Below are positions 52,935-64,000 of a stretch of DNA of 64,000 nucleotides, piece after piece. Numbering within the stretch: the first letter of the stretch is position 1; each line of letters begins with the position of its first letter. The notes under the pieces were generated by a model. It searched no databases and was not told where the DNA came from. It saw only the letters and a list, made by a program, of their open reading frames with translations. This stretch comes from Octopus vulgaris (Eukaryota): contig OX597821.1 of NCBI GenBank assembly GCA_951406725.2, forward strand, positions 34,968,001 to 35,032,000. Reading direction: 5' to 3'. The position numbers and the translations under genes are program-made.

Positions 52935-53097
52935 CAAAATTTGGCTGAAGTTCAGCAATTTCGGGGGAAGCGGTAAGTTAATTACACTGACCCCCACCAC
53001 CGCCAGTACTTCACTGCTCCTTATTTTATCGATCCCCAAATGATTAAAGTCGATAGAATTTGAACTGACAACGTTATAACGGACGAAATGCCGCTGA
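52935..53097 (-). mobile_element. SINE family A, old
   Basis: ttattttatcgatccc..gaatttgaact..ggacgaaatgccgct. Confidence 0.65.
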
Positions 53098-53731
53098 AGG
53101 GTTGAAGGCATTGGCTATATTGTAGCTAACTGAATGCTAGACGTAAACTGTTTAATGGTAAAGTGTTATGTGGTATTAATAAACGACCTCCAGGCAACCA
53201 TTTCTACTCGCAGTAAACCACAGTTACTGCTATAGCCTACGGTAGTTGCTATATGGCATTAACGCCCTTCAACGTTTTAGTTAGACATAGGAATCGGTAT
53301 TTGAACGGTTAGGTGAAACACTAATTATGAAACAAACGGTGTATATAATGGAAGTATTTGCAACTTGTAGTATAATTCCAGACTGGTGGAATAATAACCG
53401 ACGTGATGCGGAAATCTCACGGATCACTTGAGTGAAATAATGTACGAGTAATGATGCTAACGGATCATATGAGTGTGTGTGTGTGTGTGTGTGTGATTGT
53501 GTGTGTTTTAGAAACATATGTGCGTGTGTACCCACCCACATATACAGAGAGAGAGAGAGAGAGAGAGATTCCAAAGCGTAACAGCGGGCTGTTTGCCAGT
53601 TTTTATGGAGATAACGACAAAAGAAGCGAAAATAATTATAAAAGAAAATAATTGGAAAAAGCTCTCCCACGGTAAATATGGTAAAGGAAATGATATAATT
53701 TATACAAAAGAAACTCTGAGCACGTATATAT

Positions 53732-53776
<45 letters not shown>

Positions 53777-55085
53777 TGCTATGAGCCCTTAACCTCCTTC
53801 GCAGTGTCGTTAGGAGACCCTCGTGTCATATGGGTTTTTTTTTTTTAGACCTCGTAGCTCATTCCTCTCCGGGTTTGATCAACGTCAATTTCTTCAAGAC
53901 GAGAAAGAGAAAGAAAGACAGAACTAGCGAAGAACTACTCTGATATTTGACCAGTACTTTGTGTATCAACTCCGAGTGGGCGAAAGACAATGCTAACCTC
54001 GGTAGTATTGAACTCTAACGACTCTATACGTACACACACATACATACATACATACATACATACATACAAACACACACACACACACAAAAGCTACTGTTTG
54101 TGCATATGTAGACAGTCTCCGCACACCATGTTATTCTCCCGCTGAATCTCATTTATTGTGTCTCGTTCAAAGTCTACTTTCACATCCCAAGTATATCTTC
54201 TCCCTCCATCGCTCTTTGAAATTTCTCGAACCACCAGCAACTCTTCGATCATACCTCCTCCCCCTGTTTTGAAATTTTGTATCTCACTTCAGTGCTTACC
54301 GAGATTATTGTTCATAGTCATTTCGATGCTCACAGCAATTCCTGGCTCAAACATTCGTCCAATACGGACACGGCAGCTGCTTAAGCGGACCCTTTTTTGC
54401 AACCCTCAACTCTCTACAGCAACTCGTTTATCGCCTACACGCATCTCTAATCGACAGAGAGACGCTCTACACTCTTTATTTCTTTTCTCACCTCAAACTT
54501 TTCCCCGTACCAGGCCGTAACTAGTTCTTTACCTGCAGGATCATGCAACCACTGGTTCCACGCAACTCTCCAACACACATCCACGTACTACTAAACATCT
54601 CCCATTGTTTCACGGATTCTATGACTTCAAGTCAGCCAACGAGTCAGAGCTACGCCTATTTTATGCCAATTATTCATGGTAGCACATCTGCTTCACCTCT
54701 GGTCCACGTTCTCCTACAACGAAACCTCACAGCCTGGAGTCTCTGGCATGGTTTACTTATAGCTGCGTTGCAGCTGTTGAACAAAGTAGAAAATGACCGG
54801 CAATGCCACGCATGGAAGTACTCATTATTTCTAAAGATTGGACTAAACCGCTACGTTTGCAAGATCACTATCCAAACTGCAAAGGATGTCTTTTCATCAC
54901 CGATTTTATGCACTGGAAAGGCAAAATCAGGTACATTTTGTTACCAGTATTGTCAACTCCTAATATGAAGTCAATTAAACTGGGAGAATGAACGGCAAAA
55001 TAGAGGTATGAAATTAGGTCTTAAAGACGAAGAGAGTTATAGTGAATACCATAAGATAGATTCTTGATATCTATCTATCTATCTA

Positions 55086-55290
55086 TCTTTTTCCCCCCCT
55101 TTTTTGCTTTCTTTTTTTCTCCTTTTTTCTTTTCTTTTGCTTCTTTTCCTTTTTTTTCTTTTTTCCTTCTTACAATCCCTTTTGATCGAAAACCTACCCC
55201 ACTTTTTTTTTCTCCAAAAAAAGAAAAGCTCTACTTTGTAATCTGTCCCGTCTGTGTGCACCTCTGTGTGGCTAATAAAGAAACATATCT
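55086..55290 (+). mobile_element. 3' end of the (TCTA)n-associated retroelement
   Basis: Homologous to 15290-15435. Confidence 0.7.
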
Positions 55291-55784
55291 ATCTATCTAT
55301 CCATCTATCTATTTATCTATCTATCTATCTGTACACATAGATTGCCCTTCACTTGGTATGTATATAAGTAAACGGTCTTTTTAAATTGCATTTATACAAT
55401 TTATATAACTAAGCATTTCTTTCACAAACAGCAATATAGGCAGGTATTAGATTAAACAATGAATACAAAACCGAATTAAATAGACGCCCTTCTTTCCATT
55501 CTTTCCTTCCTTAGTTCGTCTTTCCAGCCTGTCTCGCACGTATTTACCATACATCATTAATGGTATTCTGGCTGAAACGACTTGGACACTCAAAAGAGTA
55601 TGACTGAACAATTTTATCGGTTCGATCACGTCCCACCGTTTTGCTGTGTCAATAAACATCATTGCTTTAACATTTCTTTGAAGTGTGCATCTATTATCGG
55701 TATCTGTTTGATATATTTTCCTTTTGTTGGTTTTTCACAAGCAATTTTAGCTCTTATACTGTATATGAGTGAGCGAGAGAAAGT

Positions 55785-55833
<49 letters not shown>

Positions 55834-56005
55834 TTCCTTCTTGTTGGTGTTTCAAGTAACTTTTGAAATATTCTTCCTTCTGCACACATTCGGCATTTAT
55901 ACAAACCTAATTGACCATTCTGTCTGGCACGCATAATATAACGGAGACATTGTTTGGTTTTTGGCTTTATATAAGTGTGTACACACACACGCACACACAT
56001 ACACG

Positions 56006-56037
<32 letters not shown>

Positions 56038-56097
56038 CATGTATATATATATATATATATACATATATATGTATGTGTGTACACACTTATACATACA

Positions 56098-56130
<33 letters not shown>

Positions 56131-56265
56131 GTATGTATATATGTATATATATAGAGAGAGATATATAACTGGCTCTCTGTCGCTTACGACAACGAGGGTT
56201 TCAGTTGATCCGATTAATGGAACAGAATATATATATATATATATATATAAATCGAACGTTGATAG

Positions 56266-56457
<192 letters not shown>

Positions 56458-57482
56458 AAACGCATACATATGACATTGTAGGACTGCTGTTTGCGTTACT
56501 CGTAAGAGTCTTATAGTGCTACCGGTATAGAGTCCTGTTTTATTTATCTACGGTGAATGCAATCATGCTTTACCGCTTCAGAGCAAAATCCATTAACAAC
56601 TTCCTGAATATAAGAAACAGAAATGTTTGAAAAACGTATGGGATATGAATATCTTTATATATATATATTACAATGTTTAAAATACTCACTGTGAAACATA
56701 ATATTTTATGCCGACGGTTCGGAAAGCCATATTAAGATTTGCTCAGAGTTGATTAACTGTGAGATTGCATGCTAACCTTGAATATTGCGTTTTCGTTTTT
56801 AAATCATCGTTCTTGTTGTAATTGAGGAAATTCTTGTTGTATAGGTTGAGTTCAATAATTTTCCCCTCCGAGCGATATCCCTTCATAGCTGTATATATCA
56901 TCATCGGTAAAATGTCCTTCTCATTTATGTTATTCAATATTTTCCCATCGACATTGTTCTATATTTGACAAAAAAATTCGACTGATGCTCTTGGAGCTTG
57001 AAACCACATCTGTAAACCTGACAGTTGTTCTACAACTGGACCAAATGAATCCTTCGAGTTTTTCTTTCTCTTTTAGAGACTTTATTCATATTAGCTAAAA
57101 CTGGATATTGTTGTGTTCCGCAAGCAGCCTTTGACTTTTTCTATCCAAATCGTTTTTGACCTAAAATTCACAGACTGTCATTTATAGCTTTAATTGCTTG
57201 GAGATTTATCATTCCATAAAACAATTATTTCACGTTCGCGAAGTTTCCAAATGCCTGTGATATCAATAGTATACAATTCTCGCTGATATCAAAAGTATAG
57301 TGCTAGAGTTTCAAAATGGGCAGAGAAATTCAAAGTATTGCTGTAATCCAATGGTAGAACGCCCGTCGTTGTTTATAGATGTGGATTCGGGTCCCACGGG
57401 CAGATTTCGTCTTTTACTGCCCAAGGCTTTTTAAACATATTTATACGATATTATTTGTAGCTTTTTCTACAGATTCATCGTT

Positions 57483-57521
<39 letters not shown>

Positions 57522-57524
<3 letters not shown>

Positions 57525-58095
57525 GGTTGCAATAAGGTCACTATACAGTTATTTACAATAACATTTAAGACAAAGCAATTAAAGCTCATGGAAATCATCT
57601 TATTGTTATAAAACAAGAACTACGGCGGTTTTTAATGTTTATAAGTAGTTAGTTGCGGTAACTGTTTCATCAAAGATATGTCCAGAACTTGATACGCCAG
57701 CCCAATCAGTTACTCCTGGTTGGTTCAACTGATTTTCGATGGTTAGATTAGGATTCTCTGAAGCCCAGTAAGTACAATTGTGCTTGTTTACACTTCCAGA
57801 TAGTTTCAATTGTACTTCGTCAGACTACACTATCTTATCGAGTAGAGTAGGTGTCAAAATGACACTCGAGAACAAGCCGACAAGCATAACGCATTAAGTT
57901 AGATATTAGATTACGTAAACTTCTCTCATTGGTTAGATTAACTTCCGATAAGCTACGATCATAAACCAGCTTTGATGATTTATAAGTTACAGTCGTGAAC
58001 CTGTTTCTGTGTCGAGTGTATTGCTTTGATTCTCTTCTGATTCTGTTTTGCTTTTTTATTATAAGTAACACTATAGTGACGTTATTGCCACCCTG
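57522..58095 (-). mobile_element. Tc1/mariner deleted transposon
   Basis: TIRs cagggttgcaataaggtcactata / tatagtgacgttattgccaccctg; - strand SDEVQLKLSGSVNKHNCTYWASENP (first catalytic Asp region). Confidence 0.85.
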
Positions 58096-58136
58096 TGTGT
58101 GTTTGTGTGTGTGTGTATTCATACACACACACACAC

Positions 58137-58395
<259 letters not shown>

Positions 58396-58409
58396 GTGTG
58401 TGTGTATAC

Positions 58410-58535
58410 ATAGGCATAGCTGTATGGTAAGAAGTTTGCTTCCCAACCATGGGCAAATGTCTTCTACTATAGCCTCGGGCCGACCAAAGCCTCGTGAATG
58501 GATTTGGTAGACAGAAACTCAAAGAAGCTCGTCGT
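58410..58535 (+). mobile_element. SINE family B 5' part
   Basis: tcttctactatagcctcgggccgaccaaagcc. Confidence 0.8.
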
Positions 58536-58559
58536 ATATATATATATACACACACACAC

Positions 58560-58590
<31 letters not shown>

Positions 58591-59344
58591 TGTATGTATG
58601 TATGTATGTATGTATGTATGTATGTATGTATGTATGTATGTGTATAGTGTATATATATATATATACACTGCATTTATGGAGCAATCTTCTTAACCTCTCA
58701 AATATGCCTTCACTCATTTCCTACTTCATATTTCACTCGCATATGAGTTAGAAAACCACCAGATCACCTGAATTCACCCCCAACAAGGGGTGCCAAAATG
58801 TAGTACAGGTGAAGTTTCGGGATCGACTTAACAGGCTATATACCTCCCCTCAAATCTTTGGCCTTATGCCAATGTTAGACACGAGTACGAGCCGGTTGAA
58901 TAGCAGAAATAACAGAACGTCAGGCTAAATAGCATTTTAGCATGAAGTTTTGTTGCTGAGTTCTGATCCTTCGGGATCAACTTTACCTTTAATTCGTTTG
59001 ATATCGGTAAAATAAATATGCCAGTTGTATTTGGATATCTCCTCAGTCAACTATACTTATTTTGTTGTACATATTTGGCAAAATGTTAATAGATGAAACG
59101 GGGTTATAAGTATAAGTATTCAATTACTGGTTTACTTGTATCGGGCATTGGACTACGACTATGCTGGAGCTCCGATTTGGAAGGTTAGTCGATCGTAGCG
59201 ACCTTACTTATTGTAAGTTTGGTAAACAGGCACATACACAGTCTTTCTTTTTGATGAATCACAAAGTTTCGAGATTTAACAAACTGACACCGGTTTTTAA
59301 ACAGTGAGGGGAGAATCGCCACATACGCGCGCGCATACATACAT

Positions 59345-59377
<33 letters not shown>

Positions 59378-59404
59378 TACATACACACACACACACACAC
59401 ACAT

Positions 59405-59459
<55 letters not shown>

Positions 59460-59539
59460 GATATGCATAGATAGATACATAGATAGATAGATAGATAGAT
59501 AGCATACATACACACACATAGATAGATAGATAGATACAT

Positions 59540-59573
<34 letters not shown>

Positions 59574-59575
59574 GG

Positions 59576-59700
59576 CTCGTTTCTACACAGTTTCGGTCTA
59601 TCAAATTCACCCATGAAGCATTGGTCGGTCCAGAAACAATAGCAGAAGACACATGTCCAAGGTGTCACGCAGTGAGACTGAACCCGTAATTACGTGGTTG
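59576..59700 (-). mobile_element. SINE family B 5' part, diverged
   Basis: cagtttcggtctatcaaattcac..ccaaggtgtcacgcagtgagactgaacccg. Confidence 0.7.
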
Positions 59701-59807
59701 CATGCTGCGCTAATTGTTCTTTTAATTTTTTTTTATTATTACTATGTACGCGCGCGCGACTGAGTGCGTGTTGAGCTGTTATATTATATTTGATAAAAAC
59801 GATAAAC

Positions 59808-60104
59808 GTCGCCCTTTTCAAGCCTAGCTATGATCATGGGCCCGGTTTCCCGGTTACTATGGCGTATGTGTATCACCCAGCTGGACGGGACGCCAGTCCA
59901 TCGCAGCGTTACTCAAAAAACAGGAAGAGTGAGAGAAAGTTGCGGCGAAAGAGTACAACAGGGTTTGCCACCACCCCCTGTCGGAGCCTCGTGGAGCTTT
60001 TTATGTGTTTTCGCTCAATAAACACACTCAACGCCCGGTCTGGGAATCGAAACCGTGATCGTCCGACCGCGAGTCCGCTGCCCTAACCACTGGGCCATTG
60101 CATC
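59808..60104 (-). mobile_element. SINE family C with a distinct 3' module
   Basis: Head nearly the same as 14450-14575; tail contains gcgatggactggcgtcccgtccag. Confidence 0.85.
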
Positions 60105-60161
60105 TCAACATATTTGATAACGCTCAATCGGATATCCATAATTCTATTCTCTATAGTCAAG

Positions 60162-60535
60162 TCGGCGTGCTAGCAGAACCGTTTAGCACGCCGGGGAAAA
60201 TGTTTAGTAGCCATTTCGTCCCCTCTTTGCGTTCTGAACTCAATTTCCGCCGATGTCGACATCGCCTTTTATTCTTTCGATAAAATGAGTACCCGTTGAG
60301 CACTGGACTCGATATAATCGACTTACCCACTCCCCGGAACCTTTTGGCGTTGTCCCAAAATTTGAAATCAATATTTCAGCAGTCTTTAGGTTCTGAGCTC
60401 AAATTCCACCAATATCGACTTCGCCTTTTGTTCTTTCAGGATCTTTAAAATAAGTACCAGTCACATACTGGGGTCGAAATAATCGACTTCCTTCTCCCTT
60501 CAAAAACTGCTGGCCATGTGCCGAAATTTGGGACC
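60162..60535 (+). mobile_element. two diverged SINE family A copies
   Basis: ggcgtgctagcagaaccgtttagcacgccggg..; second centre and tail at 60389-60535. Confidence 0.7.
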
Positions 60536-60574
60536 AATATTCTCTACTGTTTATAGTTTTATTTAGCATGCGCG

Positions 60575-60907
60575 GTAAAGGGTAAAGACCTCCTTCGGTC
60601 ATGAATGACCATGGGATTGCACCTAGGAAGTTCCCCTCCGAGGAACAAGTCCTGACAAGGTTGCTTATGGAAGTCCAGCAGTCACCCATGCGTACCAACC
60701 TCTTCTCTCTACGCTGCTATTGTTACTCAAGGGAAAGGCAACGGCCGATATAGTTTGCCACCAGTGACGTCACAACTCATTTCTACAGGTGAGTGAATTA
60801 AGCAACGTGAAATAAAGTGTCTAGCACAAAGAACACAACACACTGCCAGGTCCTGGAATCGAACTCCGTACCTCATGATTCTGAGCCCGACGCTGTAACC
60901 ACTAAGC
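60575..60907 (-). mobile_element. tRNA-derived SINE sharing its 3' module with 12625-12820
   Basis: ccttcggtcatgaatgaccatgggattgcacctag..; B-box gagttcgattcc on - strand. Confidence 0.8.
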
Positions 60908-61376
60908 AGTAAACGTACAAGAAAAATATTGTGTATACGGAATAACGATAAGATTAATTCTTACTTCTTCGTTACACAGGTGGAAAATAATACGAGAACA
61001 AAAATAATTACAACTTTACGCTAGTGGCAGATTTGTTTGTTAGTTCAGTCAAGGTGTCGAGTTAATGAATATGAAAGAAATGCACCAATATTGCAATCCC
61101 CTCTGGATTGATTCCATCTTTCAGCTTCAAAGCTTTTCTAAATTAAGTGTTAGTAGCATTCTTGGATATGTGCTTCGATTTGAAACTACGAGATTCTTTC
61201 TTAGCGTTCGATTGGATAATCGTCTTCTGAGAGGTGATTTTGTTAAGTTGCAGGGAATCATCTAATACTATCAAGATTTTCTACCGCCGCCACCACCGGC
61301 ATCACCACTGGGATTGGGTTTTTTTCAGTTCAAACGCAGCCCGATCGTGGTCAAATGACAGAAACAAGAAAAAAAG

Positions 61377-61758
61377 GAGTGGCTGTGTGGTAAGTAGCTT
61401 GCTTACCAACCACATGGTTCCTTGCGTGGTACCTTGGACAAGTGTCTTCTACTATAGCCTCGGGCCAACCAAAGCCTTGTGAGTGGATTTGGTAGACGGA
61501 AACTGAAAGAAGCCCGTCGTATATATGTATATATATATATATATGTGTGTGTGTGTTTGTGTGTTGTGTTTGTCCCCCTCCCCCAACATCGCTTGACAAC
61601 CGATGCTGGTGTGTTTACGTCCCCGTAACTTAGCGGTTCGGCAAAAGAGACTGATTGAATAAGTACTAGGCTTACAAAGAATAAGTCCTGGGGGGTCGAT
61701 TTCCTCGACTAAAGGCGGTGCTCCAGCATGACCACAGTCAAATGACTGAAACAAGTAA
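61377..61758 (+). mobile_element. SINE family B
   Basis: Near-identical to 19076-19481. Confidence 0.9.
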
Positions 61759-62308
61759 GTGAATAAATGAAAAAAAAAAGAACGTATAAAAATGTTAGAT
61801 AACAGGGAGCAAGGAATTGTTTTGCCATTTACTCTATTGTGTAGCGAGCGAACAACGTTCGAATCGAGGTTACAGCACCAATACTATTCCTCTTATCCAG
61901 GTCATGCTTTTTACAGAACTAATGCTCTTGTAAGTGAATGAACGTCGTAATTCTTGCATTTTATGCTTTTACTGAAGGTTATATACATCTAATTAATTAT
62001 CGTTTAATAAGGATGGGTAAGGCTGATTACAGGGTATGAAACGTAAACAACAATGTCTTTACTACTATTTATATTTTATATGTGGGTAGAGTGAAATATT
62101 TTATCTGTTTATCAGTTATCCAGATTCAACCTATTTTTAAAAAAGCTGTGAAGGAAACGGAAGAAAATAAACAAGTAAACAAATAAGCAAAACAAACAAA
62201 CAAACAAACAATAATTTTGGTGGTGGTGGTGGTGATTATTGTAAGAATGTAAGTTGTAGCAGTGATGGTGGTGATAACCATGACATTGGTGCTGATAAGT
62301 GTGAACAG

Positions 62309-62517
62309 GACGACGACGACGACGACGACGATGATGATGATGACAAAGATGATGATGATGGTTGCGATTGTGAGGATATGATGATGATGATGATGATGAT
62401 GACAATGATGATGATGATGACAATGATGATGATGATGACAATGATGATGATGATGGTTGCGATTGTGAGGATATGATGATGATGATGATGATGATGACAA
62501 TGATGATGATGATGACA

Positions 62518-62554
<37 letters not shown>

Positions 62555-62764
62555 CAATGATGATGATGATGGTTGCGATTGTGAGGATATGATGATGATG
62601 ATGATGATGATGACAATGATGATGATGATGACAATGATGATGATGATGACAATGATGATGATGATGACAATGATGATGATGATGACAATGATGATGATGA
62701 TGGTTGCGATTGTGAGGATATGATGATGATGATGATGATGATGACAATGATGATGATGATGACA

Positions 62765-62795
<31 letters not shown>

Positions 62796-62945
62796 CAATG
62801 ATGATGATGATGGTTGCGATTGTGAGGATATGATGATGATGATAATGATGACAATGATGATGATGATGGTTGCGATTGTGAGGATATGATGATGATGATG
62901 ATGATGACAATGATGATGATGATGACAATGATGATGATGATGACA

Positions 62946-62979
<34 letters not shown>

Positions 62980-63669
62980 CAATGATGATGATAATGGTTG
63001 CGATTGTGAGGATATGATGATGATGATAATGATGACAATGATGATGATGATGGTTGCGATTGTGAGGATATGATGATGATGATGATGATGATGACAATGA
63101 TGATGATGATGACAATGATGATGATGATGACAATGATGATGATGATGACAATGATGATGATGATGACAATGATGATGATAATGGTTGCGATTGTGAGGAT
63201 ATGATGATGATGATGATGATGACAATGATGATGATGATGGTTGCGATTGTGAGGATACGATGATGACAATGATGATGATGATGGTTGCGATTGTGAGGAT
63301 ATGATGATGATGATGATGATGATGACAATGATGATGATGATGACAATGATGATGATGATGACAATGATGATGATAATGGTTGCGATTGTGAGGATATGAT
63401 GATGATGATAATGATGACAATGATGATGATGATGGTTGCGATTGTAAGGATACGATGATGACAATGATGATGATGATGGTTGCGATTGTGAGGATATGAT
63501 GATGATGATGATGATCATGAAGAAGAAGATGGTTGCGATTGTGAGGATATGATGATGATGATAATGATGAAGAAGAAGATGGTTGCGATTGTGAGGATAT
63601 GATGATGAGGATGATGACAATGATGATGATGATGGTTGCGACTGTGAGGATATGATGATGATGATGATG
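62309..63669. repeat. compound satellite: 17 copies of GGTTGCGATTGTGAGGATAT separated by variable (GAT)n/GACAAT tracts
   Basis: Counted by eye from 62360 to 63634. Confidence 0.95.
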
Positions 63670-64000
63670 GCAACAACATTTACATGTTCCACCATTGTGG
63701 TTACAGTTATGAAACTAGGACAAACGTTAAATTAGCGAACAGTGTTAAGAGACAGCTGGCTGCAGACACCAGAGAGCATCCAGTACAAGAAAACTTCTAA
63801 TATCTAACCTCACATGATAATACACACTCACACATTATTATTATTATTATTATTATCATCTAAAACATTTTGATGCGGCCCCATGCGACTTAAAGTTTCG
63901 CAGGCCTCTACCAGAGATCTGTCTCTTTCAAACTTAAATTACCGAATCTAACTAACCCTGAAAGAGACATGTAATTCCTACTAAATGTGTTGACAACAGC

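Noticed and set aside
54120-54990. Three consecutive + ORFs, possibly a decayed LINE
   Set aside because: Only a faint hint of a LINE 3' motif; cannot be supported by eye
56743-57160. Coding-like unique sequence on the minus strand
   Set aside because: Stops in all frames and no recognisable motif
60778-60795. ttctacag|gtgagt as a recursive splice site on +
   Set aside because: Lies inside a SINE; the related copy at about 12625 has a different base, so it is probably a chance substitution
62112-63695. 527, 412 and 394 aa ORFs, and a CRISPR-like repeat-spacer look
   Set aside because: ORFs are translations of (CAT)n satellite; spacers are low-complexity GAT runs, there are no cas genes, and the context is eukaryotic

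Overview
AT-rich, repeat-dense animal (non-prokaryotic) intronic/intergenic DNA. The SINE repertoire and microsatellite load point to an octopod cephalopod (Octopus-like); this is an inference, not a database result. No complete host protein-coding gene is recognisable, and nearly all long ORFs in the track are microsatellite artefacts. The window is a mosaic of microsatellites, three tRNA-derived SINE families (about 35 copies or fragments), LINE fragments (Dong/R4-type RLE, RTE, CR1/L2-like), decayed DNA transposons (mariner/Tc1, Tigger/pogo, hAT-like MITE, other MITE) and two non-autonomous Helitrons. The most notable signal is about 12 type I hammerhead ribozyme motifs belonging to about 7 different short non-coding element families. 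Many sit in (TA)n and show tandem plus 5'-inverted arrangements typical of Penelope-like elements (PLEs) or retrozymes. They include a 353-nt and a 535-nt monomer, a tRNA-headed (Pol III) SINE ending in a hammerhead, and families with apparently fixed non-canonical catalytic cores (CCGANGA, CUGUCGA). A consensus-like recursive splice site on the minus strand hints that at least part of the window lies in a long intron. All coordinates were read by eye and element ends may be off by a few bases.
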